Below, in pieces: positions 1-9,661 of a DNA stretch of 64,000 nucleotides (position 1 is its first letter; each line of letters opens with the position of its first letter). Source of the stretch: an uncultured Methylophaga sp. (lineage in GTDB: Bacteria > Pseudomonadota > Gammaproteobacteria > Nitrosococcales > Methylophagaceae); the NCBI GenBank assembly GCA_963975785.1, contig CAXBIM010000006.1:7448-71447 (forward strand). Direction: 5' to 3'. Under the pieces are notes generated by a model. That model was not told the DNA's origin, made no database searches, and saw nothing but the letters and a program-made list of their open reading frames with translations. A program made the position numbers and the translations under genes.

Positions 1-2147
1 TCTGTGGCGCTTCAAATGTCCGTTTAGATTTGAAGATTCCCGTTGCAGTTATTGGATCAGTTTTACCGGGTAACTTTAAAATCAAAAAAGCCAAATTACG
101 TGGTATTGAATCATTTGGTATGTTGTGCTCAGCAAAAGAGCTTGGCATGGCAGAAAATGCTGATGGTTTAATGGAGCTAGCTAGTGACGCGCCAGTAGGT
201 GAAGATTTCAGAAAATATTTAGATCTCGATGATGTATCGATTGATGTCGATCTGACACCTAACCGCAGTGATTGTTTAGGCATCGCAGGTATCGCTCGTG
301 AAGTCGGAGTGTTAACGGGATGTGATCTTACAACTTGGCCACAAGAAGAGGTCAATGAACAAAGCTCGGTACGCGTTAATGTTGAGATTGAAGCGGCGAG
401 TGCTTGTCCACGCTATGTAGGTCGAGTGATTGAGAGTATTGATGTTAAAGCAACAACACCAATATGGATGCAAGAAAAATTACGTCGTAGTGGCTTACGT
501 TCAATCAGTCCCGTAGTCGATATCACGAACTATGTGATGTTAGAGCTAGGGCAACCGATGCATGCTTTTGACTTAAATACCTTAAATGGTGACATTAAAG
601 TCAGAATGGCCAAACAAGGTGAAAAATTAACCTTATTAGACGGTCAAGAAGTGACAATTAATGAAACTACTTTAATCATTGCTGATCAAGCATCACCACT
701 TGCACTCGCAGGAATTATGGGGGGGCAGGCTTCAAGTGTAGGTAATGAAACGAACAGTATATTTTTAGAAGCAGCCTTTTTTAATCCCTTAGCGATTGCT
801 GGTCGTGCACGTGAATATGGTTTACATACTGATTCATCACATCGTTTTGAGCGTGGCGTTGATCCTGAGTTAGCTAAATTAGCAATCGAACGAGCTACCT
901 CTTTGTTACTAGATATTGTAGGTGGTCAAGCGGGTGTTATTACCGAAGTTGTATCTGAATCAGCTCTACCGCAAGCACGAGTAATAACATTACGAGCAGC
1001 TAGAATTAAACGAGTGTTAGGGATTCATATTGATGCAGAACAGGTCGAAGACCAACTCACTCGTCTAGGTCTAACCGTTGTAGCTAATGATGAGGGTTGG
1101 CAAGTTGCAGCACCAAGTTTTCGTTTTGATATTGCGATTGAAGTTGATTTGATTGAAGAGCTAGGTCGTTTATATGGCTACGACAAATTACCTAAAACGC
1201 GTCCGCAAGGAACTGTTTTAAGCGCTGATATTTCAGAATATACGTTAGCGACTCATCGATTACAGGCATTACTTGTTGACCGAGGTTATCAAGAAGCCAT
1301 TACCTACAGTTTTGTTGACCCAACAATTCAACAACATTTAGCGATTGAAGGTGAGCAGGCGATAGCTTTGGCTAATCCAATTTCTGCTGATTTGTCTGTA
1401 ATGCGAACATCACTGTGGCCGGGACTGATACAAGCGATGGCTTACAACTTAAATAGACAGCATGAACGTGTACGTTTATTTGAAGTTGGTCGTATTTTTA
1501 CTGGCACCAGCGATAATGTTGAACAACACCGCCAAATTGGTGGTGTACTGTGTGGCAGTCGTTATGCTGAACAATGGTCAGAAAAACAACGTCCGGTTGA
1601 TTTTTTTGACGCAAAAGCAGATGTTGAAGCCTTATTAGATTTGGGAAATGAAGATAATATTCATTTTGTTTCAGAATCACATCCAGCACTTCATCCGGGA
1701 CAATCAGCGCGTATCTATAAAAATGGACAAGCAATTGGTTGGATAGGCGCACTGCATCCACGACTGAACAAGCCTTTGGATATCAATTGTAGGGTTTATG
1801 TCTTTGAGTTGGCATTGTCCGCAGTACTTGCTGCGACAGTACCTTATTTTTCACCTTTATCACGTTTTCCAGCACTTCGTCGAGACTTAGCATTAGTTGT
1901 AGATGATAAGACAAGCGCCGGTGAAATTGAACATTGCTTGAATGGCATAGAATCTGATATTCTTGTGTCAATTCAACTGTTTGACGTTTATAGCGGAGCA
2001 GGTGTCGAGGTTGGTAAGAAGAGTATTGCTGTCGCATTTCAGCTTCAACATGCTGAACGCACATTAACTGATGAAGATGTTGATGCGTTGATGCGTACAG
2101 TCACACAAAAGTTAGAACAACACGTCGGTGCAACGATTAGATCGTAA
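1..2147 (+). CDS. pheT: phenylalanine--tRNA ligase beta subunit (5' end outside window)
   Basis: Frame is open from the window edge, so the track Met at 30 is internal. The 705 aa have PheT-like content throughout. It is followed by ihfA, as in the conserved pheST-ihfA arrangement. Confidence 0.95.
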   Translation, partial: CGASNVRLDLKIPVAVIGSVLPGNFKIKKAKLRGIESFGMLCSAKELGMAENADGLMELASDAPVGEDFRKYLDLDDVSIDVDLTPNRSDCLGIAGIAREVGVLTGCDLTTWPQEEVNEQSSVRVNVEIEAASACPRYVGRVIESIDVKATTPIWMQEKLRRSGLRSISPVVDITNYVMLELGQPMHAFDLNTLNGDIKVRMAKQGEKLTLLDGQEVTINETTLIIADQASPLALAGIMGGQASSVGNETNSIFLEAAFFNPLAIAGRAREYGLHTDSSHRFERGVDPELAKLAIERATSLLLDIVGGQAGVITEVVSESALPQARVITLRAARIKRVLGIHIDAEQVEDQLTRLGLTVVANDEGWQVAAPSFRFDIAIEVDLIEELGRLYGYDKLPKTRPQGTVLSADISEYTLATHRLQALLVDRGYQEAITYSFVDPTIQQHLAIEGEQAIALANPISADLSVMRTSLWPGLIQAMAYNLNRQHERVRLFEVGRIFTGTSDNVEQHRQIGGVLCGSRYAEQWSEKQRPVDFFDAKADVEALLDLGNEDNIHFVSESHPALHPGQSARIYKNGQAIGWIGALHPRLNKPLDINCRVYVFELALSAVLAATVPYFSPLSRFPALRRDLALVVDDKTSAGEIEHCLNGIESDILVSIQLFDVYSGAGVEVGKKSIAVAFQLQHAERTLTDEDVDALMRTVTQKLEQHVGATIRS

Positions 2148-2181
2148 GCTGGATAGAAAAAAGAAATATTAGAGGGTAACC

Positions 2182-2478
2182 ATGGCACTGACAAAAGCCG
2201 ACATGACAGAACAATTATATGACGAGTTGGGATTTAACAAACGTGAAGCTAAAGAATTAGTAGAAATGTTTTTTGAAGAAATTCGTGGTGCTTTAGAATC
2301 TGGTGAGCATGTAAAACTATCTGGATTCGGTAACTTTGAGTTGAGAGACAAAAGTGAACGACCAGGCAGAAATCCAAAAACAGGTGAAGAAATTCCAATT
2401 TCAGCACGCCGCGTAGTCACCTTTCGTCCAGGGCAAAAACTAAAAGCTAGGGTGGATAATTATGTTAGAAGCGAGTAA
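2182..2478 (+). CDS. ihfA: integration host factor alpha subunit
   Basis: 98 aa with the HU/IHF fold signature ([41 protein letters not shown]). A gaggg RBS lies upstream and the position after pheT fits. Confidence 0.97.
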   Translation: MALTKADMTEQLYDELGFNKREAKELVEMFFEEIRGALESGEHVKLSGFGNFELRDKSERPGRNPKTGEEIPISARRVVTFRPGQKLKARVDNYVRSE

Positions 2479-2824
2479 CAATAACGAATTACCAGTTATA
2501 CCAGGTAAACGCTACTTTGCCATCGGGGAAGTGAGCGACTTGTGTGGTGTTAAACCGCATGTTTTGCGTTATTGGGAACAAGAGTTCTCGCAGCTTAAGC
2601 CCGTCAAACGTCGAGGTAATAGACGATATTATCAACGACATGATGTGGTATTAATTCGTGAAATTCGTGAATTATTATACGAACAAGGCTTTACTATCGG
2701 TGGTGCTCGTCAGCGCCTAGAAGCAGAAGTGAAAGTAAAACCAGTACCCGCACAAAGTGATAAAAAGAACGTTATTCACGAAATGCTCGATGAGCTCGAA
2801 CAAATTCGTGCTTTATTAGCATAA
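2462..2824 (+). CDS. MerR-family HTH transcriptional regulator
   Basis: N-terminal MerR-type HTH ([25 protein letters not shown]). The start overlaps the ihfA end. Confidence 0.85.
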   Translation: MLEASNNNELPVIPGKRYFAIGEVSDLCGVKPHVLRYWEQEFSQLKPVKRRGNRRYYQRHDVVLIREIRELLYEQGFTIGGARQRLEAEVKVKPVPAQSDKKNVIHEMLDELEQIRALLA

Positions 2825-2862
2825 AGATCACTTAGACAAGCAGTGCAATTACATTTTATTAC

Positions 2863-2896
2863 AACTAGTGAGGCGTAAGCTTTAGTCTCACTAGTT
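2863..2896 (+). terminator. hairpin after the MerR-like gene (possible terminator)
   Basis: Perfect 10-bp stem aactagtgag / ctcactagtt with a 14-nt loop. There is no clear T-run, so terminator function is uncertain. Confidence 0.35.
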
Positions 2897-3113
2897 AGTG
2901 ATATCCCTCCTACTAGATTAGCTACTGTCATTATTAAACCTTAACTAAGCATGTAGCGTAGTGTTCCCAATCCATTTCATCTCTTCTATTCTATATATTT
3001 CTACTCCATTGCATTCAGCCGATGTATAATTACTCCTTCTTAACCTTCGTTGTACTGGCTAATAATGCTTTTATAATCCGTTAAGATAGTAACCGTTTTG
3101 ATTTTATTACAGT

Positions 3114-3190
3114 CGGGGCATGGCGCAGTCTGGTAGCGCACTTGTCTGGGGGACAAGGGGTCGCAGGTTCAAATCCTGCTGTTCCGACCA
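3114..3190 (+). tRNA. tRNA-Pro (anticodon GGG)
   Basis: 77-nt cloverleaf: acceptor cggggca...tccgacca, anticodon stem cttgt/acaag with loop ctggggg (GGG), T-arm gcagg-ttcaaat-cctgc. The 3' half is repeated twice downstream as an att-like direct repeat. Confidence 0.9.
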
Positions 3191-3273
3191 ATAAAATCAA
3201 TAGCTTAGATGTTGTTAAGTTGTGAAAATTAAGGTTTTCATAAAACCTTTCATAAAACAACGTGCTTTTTGGC

Positions 3274-4269
3274 TTAGCGAGTAGGCTTAACTTTATTTTT
3301 CTTCCTGTCATATACCTTAAGCATTTTGGCATCATGGTGACCTGATGCTTTAAGTTTGTCTCCAGTGGTGTCACTGATGCCTGCTGCTTTAAGATCATGG
3401 AAGTTAAATGGTTCAATTCCTGCGTCAATCATTAATTTTTTGAGTCTAGTCCACGCAGATTTAAATGCACTCTCCGTAATGCGCTGGCCTTGTTTATCAT
3501 GAATAACATATATACCTGTTACTTTAGCGTCAGCCTTAACTGCTTTACGTAGTCTAGTTGACCACAAGGTTATTGCGTCGCGACTACCTTTCGCACGAAG
3601 AGTATCAAAACCCTCTGATAAGATCTGTTTTCGTGTCGCTCCTAGGATTTCACACCTACGCATACGACATAGATATGCAAGCTCCATTGCTGGTTGGAGA
3701 TAAGGATATTTTTCGGCTAACCTATACGCTATTTGATACTCTTCTTCTGTAACATAGCGTGTACGTGCCTTTTCTTCATTTCTCTTCACTAGTGCGCACG
3801 GGTTGCTATATTTTATTATGTCACGCTCTAATGCCCAGTTCCAAGCAGCAGAAATCAATGATACTTCACGATTAGCAGAAACAGCGGCAATCTTAGCTCT
3901 TGAATCAGAATATTTACGCAATACACCGGGGGTAATATTCTTTAGCTCAGCTGTCCCGAATATATTGCCCTTCCCCCGCGGGTAATTAATTATTCTCAGC
4001 ATCATTTCAGATTGATATTTGATAGTTCTTGTTGCATTTTTATGGAATATATCACTTTTCTGGTACTCCATAAGTAACCAGTCAAGATTCATTATATTTT
4101 GAGAATGGACAAGTTCATAAGCACGCCATATTTCTGACATTGGTGTATCAATGTCACACAATCTAATAACTTGTCTTGGTAATCCTTTACCATTGTAGAT
4201 ATGAAGATCATAAGCAGAACGACCACGGTACACATAAGGGGGGAGACCATTAGTTCTTTTCCTTGGCAT
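3274..4269 (-). CDS. int: tyrosine-type site-specific integrase
   Basis: 331 aa, adjacent to the tRNA and reading toward it. C-terminal catalytic-domain motifs are present (LCRMRRCEIL, FHDLKAAG, GHHDAKMLKVYD). Confidence 0.88.
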   Translation of the reverse strand: MPRKRTNGLPPYVYRGRSAYDLHIYNGKGLPRQVIRLCDIDTPMSEIWRAYELVHSQNIMNLDWLLMEYQKSDIFHKNATRTIKYQSEMMLRIINYPRGKGNIFGTAELKNITPGVLRKYSDSRAKIAAVSANREVSLISAAWNWALERDIIKYSNPCALVKRNEEKARTRYVTEEEYQIAYRLAEKYPYLQPAMELAYLCRMRRCEILGATRKQILSEGFDTLRAKGSRDAITLWSTRLRKAVKADAKVTGIYVIHDKQGQRITESAFKSAWTRLKKLMIDAGIEPFNFHDLKAAGISDTTGDKLKASGHHDAKMLKVYDRKKNKVKPTR

Positions 4270-4278
4270 AAAAATTCC

Positions 4279-4470
4279 TCACTCAAATATAAATTCGTCT
4301 GTTATTAATTCCTTGAAACCGTTATTGACAGCTTCTAATGTTGTTATCGGAGTGCCGCTAGCTGAAATCCAATAGTTAATTCTATTGGACTTGAGCCAAC
4401 GTTCTAACCTTACTTTTTGTCTACAGCCACACCATTCATAAAGTGTTTCAGTATCTAGTAATCCATTCAT
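4279..4470 (-). CDS. small excisionase/AlpA-like DNA-binding protein (putative)
   Basis: 63-aa ORF directly upstream of int on the same strand, the size and position typical of xis. Sequence similarity is only weakly recognisable. Confidence 0.5.
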   Translation of the reverse strand: MNGLLDTETLYEWCGCRQKVRLERWLKSNRINYWISASGTPITTLEAVNNGFKELITDEFIFE

Positions 4471-4673
4471 ATATTGACTCCCATTTCAGCAAGTCGATGT
4501 GAGTAGGTTATACAGGGCGGCGGCCAGATCAAACTGGGTATTGAGTACTTATTATCAAACAGCCCAGAACCTATCAAGTTGCAATATTGTTGAAATAAAC
4601 TGTGCAAGGCCTGTGTGAGAAAATCTGTTGCACATAGTCTTAAACTTTTTACCGTTATCAATAAACTATACAT
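4467..4673 (-). CDS. hypothetical small protein
   Basis: 68-aa ORF whose stop overlaps the start of the xis-like ORF (ATGA overlap). I recognise no family. Confidence 0.3.
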   Translation of the reverse strand: MYSLLITVKSLRLCATDFLTQALHSLFQQYCNLIGSGLFDNKYSIPSLIWPPPCITYSHRLAEMGVNI

Positions 4674-4721
4674 ATTAAAACCTCATTAAAAAATAAATAC
4701 TTGCGTGAATACTATTTTTAT

Positions 4722-4779
4722 ACTACACTTTGAATTTACTACTTGTCAACTACTTTTATAATATTTACTTACACTACTT
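4722..4779 (+). promoter_or_regulatory. ACTACTT direct repeats in the divergent promoter region of the XRE-like gene
   Basis: ACTACTT at 4738..4744, 4749..4755 (11-bp phasing) and 4773..4779, plus actacac at 4722..4728. The motif is the reverse complement of the AGTAGT heptads in the 38-bp palindromes. Confidence 0.45.
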
Positions 4780-4792
4780 ATGGGAAGTCAAC

Positions 4793-5464
4793 ATGACCTT
4801 CATACAAAGCTTGTCAAAAGCGCTTATTAACTTAAAGAAAATAAAGCAAACAGAACTTGCAATATTATCGGGCGTTCACAAAGGGAATCTGTCTATTTGG
4901 TTACAGGGGAAACGTAAATTAAGTGATGAGGCTGAACAGAATATTCTTAAGGCGTTAGGTGTGGTAAATGGTCAACTGGACGAGACCATGGTTCATGTCT
5001 GGACTGTGGGGCGGGATTTATCCGATCTGAACTTTGTTTTAAAAGGACTATGCCCTCAACCAGAATTACAACATTTAATGTCGACTGAATTGTTGAAAAA
5101 AGTGACTCACTACCCACTCACAGCCATCAAAAACAGGGCAGGGATTAAAATTATCGTCAAGCAAAAACCGACGATGGCAGAAAGTCTGAACTCAACAGCT
5201 AAAGACATTACCGTTACCAAGTCGACTATTGATGGTAGTAAATGGATGATTGATAGACAACCAGAGCCAGTAGAGGCAAAAGTTTATGGTAACTGGCAAA
5301 AAGGTATCGCGACCATAGCTGAGTTTGATGAGTTCGTCACCAGTGATGATATCGCATGGACTTGGTCTGATGTAATCGACAGGGTACATAATCAGGATAT
5401 CAATATTAGCCCTTCAGAAGTAATGAATGCAATCGACATTTTGGTCAACAATAAAAAGAAATAA
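4793..5464 (+). CDS. XRE-family HTH regulator with C-terminal unknown domain
   Basis: I prefer the internal Met at 4793, preceded by a gggaag RBS. The N-terminus is an XRE-like HTH (KQTELAILSGVHKGNLSIWLQGKRKLS). It is divergent from the xis/int module. Confidence 0.7.
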   Translation: MTFIQSLSKALINLKKIKQTELAILSGVHKGNLSIWLQGKRKLSDEAEQNILKALGVVNGQLDETMVHVWTVGRDLSDLNFVLKGLCPQPELQHLMSTELLKKVTHYPLTAIKNRAGIKIIVKQKPTMAESLNSTAKDITVTKSTIDGSKWMIDRQPEPVEAKVYGNWQKGIATIAEFDEFVTSDDIAWTWSDVIDRVHNQDINISPSEVMNAIDILVNNKKK

Positions 5465-5504
5465 GTTTAATTATGAAAAATAAACTGACGGCCTTTTAAG
5501 CTTA

Positions 5505-5542
5505 AGTAGTGCGTAGTAGTGAAATCACTACTACGCACTACT
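5505..5542. repeat. 38-bp perfect palindrome P1 (AGTAGTG-cgt-AGTAGTGA aa inverted copy)
   Basis: agtagtgcgtagtagtga-aa-tcactactacgcactact. It lies 35 bp upstream of the KfrA-like start. Confidence 0.9.
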
Positions 5543-5576
5543 CCAGATTTGAAAGAACTTACTAGGGAGTAGGACA

Positions 5577-6545
5577 ATGGGAGATACAACAGAAACTAAA
5601 GAACGCGGCGCAGCCATTACTGAGCAACAAGTATTTGCAACCTGTGATAGCTACTTTGAAGAGCATAATAAAGCACCATCACAACAATACATCAGAGATC
5701 TCATTGGCGGTTCAGCGAGCACGATCGGTCGATTCCTAAGACAGTGGAAAGAAAACAAGCCTAATGAAGCTCAGGTGACATTGTCGATGCCGGACCACAT
5801 TCGAGATAGTGGTCTAACCTTTATTGCTAACTTGTGGCAAAGTATTCAGCCGACGATTAACGGCATGATTAGTACTGCTCAAGAATTGGCCGATCAAAAA
5901 GTCAGTGCTGCTGAGCAAGAAGTTAATGATGCCATCGCCAATCAAGTTTGGTTAGAACAAGAAAATGAACGCTTAGTAACAGATGCCGAAACTACTAAGC
6001 ATGATCATCAAAAAAAGATTAAAAATTTACAAGTGCAACTCAACCAAAGCCAGCTTGAAAGGACACAAGCAAATCAACAGGCTCATACCGAAAGAGAAAT
6101 TATGATCGCTAAATTAGCCAGGATCACCGGTGAGCGTGATGCCCTCAAGTTACAAATTTCTCAGCATAATACTGCGATAAATAATGTACAAGAAAGCTGT
6201 AAAAAACAGCTTGAACAAGCCGGTAAGGAAGAAACCAGACTATCTTCTGAACTAAGTAAGCTTAAAGATAGTAACAGCGATTTGGCTAAAGACAACAAAA
6301 TCATTGTAAACAAACTATCAGATCTAAAATCAGCTACCGCTAAAATAGAAGGTGAATTAAGTTCAACTCAACAACACCTAAAAATGCTGAATACCGACAT
6401 TAAAGCTGAGCGTATAGAGTTTAAAAACGAGCTGGCTCTTGCTCAAAAAGATAAGACGAAGGCCGAAGAAAAATTAAAAGCTCAGATTGAACTCTGGCAG
6501 TTAACAGCAAGTAGCACAGTAACTGAAAAAAGTGGAGGCGAGTAA
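5577..6545 (+). CDS. KfrA-like DNA-binding coiled-coil protein
   Basis: The N-terminal approx 60 aa resemble the KfrA N-terminal DNA-binding module (QQVFATCDSYFEEHNKAPSQQYIRDLIGGSASTIGRFLRQWK). The rest is Q/E/K-rich coiled coil. Confidence 0.6.
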   Translation: MGDTTETKERGAAITEQQVFATCDSYFEEHNKAPSQQYIRDLIGGSASTIGRFLRQWKENKPNEAQVTLSMPDHIRDSGLTFIANLWQSIQPTINGMISTAQELADQKVSAAEQEVNDAIANQVWLEQENERLVTDAETTKHDHQKKIKNLQVQLNQSQLERTQANQQAHTEREIMIAKLARITGERDALKLQISQHNTAINNVQESCKKQLEQAGKEETRLSSELSKLKDSNSDLAKDNKIIVNKLSDLKSATAKIEGELSSTQQHLKMLNTDIKAERIEFKNELALAQKDKTKAEEKLKAQIELWQLTASSTVTEKSGGE

Positions 6546-7006
6546 TGGTCGCCAAAAAACTCAGCCAACAACAAGTCTTTGCCAGTGCTGATAAATTAAG
6601 CGAGCAGGGGATTGCCCCCACCGCGAAAAAACTCTTAGCCGACATTGGTATGGGTAGCCTTACGACCCATACCAACTACTTAAAACAATGGCAGCAGCTT
6701 CATGATAACGATGATAACCAACCAGCGAGGTTATCATCCACCGTAACCCCATTATCATCAGACATTACGAACTTGTTTGATGGCGCCATCACGCAGTGCT
6801 GGCAGCAAGGTTTTGAAGCAGGCCAACACGCGATGGCAAGTGAGCTTCATACTCTCAAGACCACTCTTGCAGAAAAAACGGCAGCATTAGAAAAAGCTGA
6901 GCAGGCACTGCTTGAGCAACAGCAAAAACTTAAGTTAACACCACAAAAAGCGGACTTTAAGAAGAAGATCCCTATTGTTCATTACCTTAATCAGCAAGGT
7001 GGCTAA
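6545..7006 (+). CDS. second KfrA_N-like protein
   Basis: Same N-terminal module (QQVFASADKLSEQGIAPTAKKLLADIGMGSLTTHTNYLKQWQ) plus a short coiled coil. TAATG stop/start overlap with the upstream gene. Confidence 0.55.
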   Translation: MVAKKLSQQQVFASADKLSEQGIAPTAKKLLADIGMGSLTTHTNYLKQWQQLHDNDDNQPARLSSTVTPLSSDITNLFDGAITQCWQQGFEAGQHAMASELHTLKTTLAEKTAALEKAEQALLEQQQKLKLTPQKADFKKKIPIVHYLNQQGG

Positions 7007-7185
7007 GCTGTTTATCAAGATAACGTTCTATACTTTATTGGCCTCGCAACTATGCGACCGATAAAGTTAGAGGGAAGTTTATTTTGGGAGAAATCAGTGA
7101 GGATTTTTCACTCAATAAACGCAGCCTTTGAACAGCGTGAAAGAGCTTCCCGACTAAGTTATCTTCTTATAGATTATAGCCACCT

Positions 7186-8403
7186 ATGAATCGTATTACT
7201 CAAGACAACTATATTAAAAAAGCAGAACGCTTCTTTGAAACGTTTGACCTGCCAGAAGATAAAAGAACACCGACTAATATTAGTGCCGCCTTACAACGTG
7301 CTGCCCGTGATAAAGAAGACAAACACCGAGCTGATGGCGACATCAAAGATAAAAAAGTCATCCAAAATATTAAGCAATACGGCTATGCAAAAAGCAGTTG
7401 GCAACAACTCAAAACAGCGCTACGTTATTATTGTAAATATCATGGTGATGATAACAGCGTACGTGCCATAGAAAACACGATGCTTGATGTTAAGCCTGCT
7501 CTATTACATAAGCCGACTAAGAAAATAAAAAAGATAACTGAGCAACAAATAGTAGACTTAGCCACGGGGCTTCATCAGCAAGCCATCGCCCATAGCAAAC
7601 ATCCGGCTAACTGGAACCAGCTTAATGACTGTGCAAAAGCAGCTATCACTAACAAGAAAAATAACCACATCAATACGATAAGAGGGCTGCTGTCTGTTAT
7701 CAATATTTTAAGTATTACCGGTTGCCGTCCGATCGAAATTGCCACCATGCAATGCAGAGAAAATAATACCGTCTTTATTCAAGGCGCTAAGAAATCAACC
7801 AGCATGAACAATGGACAAGATGGCATTGAAGATAGCGATCGAGGCGCCGACCGCATGTTGCAATTTTCAGCGGCGGACCACGAAAAATTGAATGAAGCAT
7901 TAGCGACCTTACGACAGGTAGCTTGGTTACCTGAACATAAAGCGTCGGCCAACCAGCAAACGGACATAACGACAGAATCAGACTATCAGCCGATCAATCT
8001 CACCGACGATGAAGTGGTCCAATTTCAAAGCTACTTGAATCTCAGTAGAAAACGACTGGCTAGATTATCAGTCAAAGTACTCAACCTAAAAAAAGGGATC
8101 TGTCTTTATACCTTTAGGCATCAGTTAAGTTCTGACTTGAAAGGAGATGGCGACCATTATACTCGCCAACAAATGGCCTATATCCTAGGCCACCTTGGGA
8201 CTAAATCACTCGATGCTTACGGCCATAAAAACTCAGCAAAAACTAAACGACAGATTGGCATAGCTGATCAGAAAGCCGTTAACAATGTCAGACTCACGCA
8301 TACCACTGTTGAGTTTGATCACGCTGGCAAGGTGATAATAAGCAGTCGACGTAAAGCTAACAAAACCTTAGGTAAGCAACCATTAGCACCGACGGGTAAC
8401 TAA
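7186..8403 (+). CDS. second tyrosine recombinase-like protein
   Basis: 405 aa. The C-terminal half has recombinase-like boxes (ITGCRPIEIA, YTFRHQLSSDL, ILGHLGTKSLDAYGH). Confidence 0.6.
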   Translation: MNRITQDNYIKKAERFFETFDLPEDKRTPTNISAALQRAARDKEDKHRADGDIKDKKVIQNIKQYGYAKSSWQQLKTALRYYCKYHGDDNSVRAIENTMLDVKPALLHKPTKKIKKITEQQIVDLATGLHQQAIAHSKHPANWNQLNDCAKAAITNKKNNHINTIRGLLSVINILSITGCRPIEIATMQCRENNTVFIQGAKKSTSMNNGQDGIEDSDRGADRMLQFSAADHEKLNEALATLRQVAWLPEHKASANQQTDITTESDYQPINLTDDEVVQFQSYLNLSRKRLARLSVKVLNLKKGICLYTFRHQLSSDLKGDGDHYTRQQMAYILGHLGTKSLDAYGHKNSAKTKRQIGIADQKAVNNVRLTHTTVEFDHAGKVIISSRRKANKTLGKQPLAPTGN

Positions 8404-8790
8404 GAACACCGTTACGTTCATTGCTACGTTTAGTATTGACGCTGTCGTGATGTCACGCGTGTTCATCAATAAGCGAAACTCACACGTGTGAGCGGCCTAT
8501 TTGTCAGTCAAAAAAGATCCTGTAACTAATTTCTATAATACCTCGGATCTAATCAATTAAATCTAACCCTATTGGTCCGTGCTGATGTCAGTACTGTTCA
8601 GTATTAGACGCTAACTATGATCGTGTCCCTTGATTAGACTATTAGCCGTAGCATCATATTCCTAATCATGGCATCTGTTTTGCGCAAAAAGCATGCGTTA
8701 CGACAAGCATTATTTTTCTGTAGCGATTTTATTGTAAACGCCCGGCTGGCGAAGCCTGTGGCCCGGTTGGCCCTTTCATTTTTTAGGGCC

Positions 8791-8820
8791 TTGACATGCG
8801 ACTGGCCCGCTCGATGTAAT
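8791..8820 (+). promoter_or_regulatory. sigma70-like promoter for 8853 ORF
   Basis: TTGACA (8791..8796), an 18-nt spacer, then TGTAAT (8815..8820), about 30 nt upstream of the start. Confidence 0.4.
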
Positions 8821-8852
8821 AGTTAAAACCAACTATTTATCGAGGAAAAGTT

Positions 8853-9239
8853 ATGTCACATATCATTCGAACAAGCATGCTCTCACTGTTCATCGTCGAA
8901 GCCGACGAATGGTTTGGAGACGATGAACCACCATTACGTATTATTTTGCAGGTTGATACTATTCAAGAGTTACTCTGCTTAGTTCAGCAAACAACAATGA
9001 TGACTATCAAATCGGCCTATCACATTTCAAAAACCAACTTAGATGAGAAAAAGAATTTAAAAATGAGAAAAGTGTCATCAATTTATTCTGGGATCGACAG
9101 CCGATATAAACACACGCTCTACTTTTATTCAGAAGAGGGTAATGATCGCCACGCGTTTTATATAGACAACATAGATAATTTCAATAGTCGGGATATCAGC
9201 CATACACGCTCGTTATATGTATTTCCTCCATCGGAATAA
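8853..9239 (+). CDS. hypothetical protein
   Basis: 128-aa ORF with a gaggaaaag RBS and the predicted promoter. I recognise no family. Confidence 0.5.
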   Translation: MSHIIRTSMLSLFIVEADEWFGDDEPPLRIILQVDTIQELLCLVQQTTMMTIKSAYHISKTNLDEKKNLKMRKVSSIYSGIDSRYKHTLYFYSEEGNDRHAFYIDNIDNFNSRDISHTRSLYVFPPSE

Positions 9240-9283
9240 ATGAAGCTTAAATTTAAGCAGTATTCAACATAAAAGGAGATAGC

Positions 9284-9580
9284 ATGATTAGCTATTTACG
9301 CGCAGGGGAAGTGATATTGACTCAGTGGAACATCATTGAAATTATTCAAACTGGCGAGCAACACTTTGTCGGTTACAGTGAGCTTGACCAGTTGGGCCGT
9401 GTGAGTACACCCATCTTAACGTTTGATGAACAAGCCGGTGCCGGTGAAACGGAATCCGGTTCTCAGTACAAAGTAATAGGTAAGCCTGGACGGCTGCATT
9501 CAGATGCACGCTATGTTTTAGAACGCGTTTGTCCGATTGATATCATTGCGTATCGTTTTCGCTATCCTATAGACCAGTAG
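9284..9580 (+). CDS. hypothetical protein
   Basis: 98-aa ORF with an aaggag RBS 6 nt upstream. I recognise no family. Confidence 0.55.
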   Translation: MISYLRAGEVILTQWNIIEIIQTGEQHFVGYSELDQLGRVSTPILTFDEQAGAGETESGSQYKVIGKPGRLHSDARYVLERVCPIDIIAYRFRYPIDQ

Positions 9581-9661
9581 GGTGCAAGCGCACTTGTTAA
9601 CTGATCTCACGTCAACTATCTTGGCCAGTATCGTGACTTAATTGGATGATTTTTGAAATGA

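Noticed and set aside
1498-2064. Minus-strand ORFs (87 and 93 aa) inside pheT
   Set aside because: They lie entirely antisense to a strongly supported conserved gene, their composition is low-complexity, and they have no RBS. I take them as spurious.
2169-2420. 83-aa minus-strand ORF overlapping ihfA
   Set aside because: It is antisense to ihfA, and its Ser/Pro/Asn-rich translation is typical of a shadow ORF.
3081-3428. 115-aa minus-strand ORF
   Set aside because: It runs through tRNA-Pro and overlaps the integrase 3' end in another frame. The tRNA and int explain the sequence.
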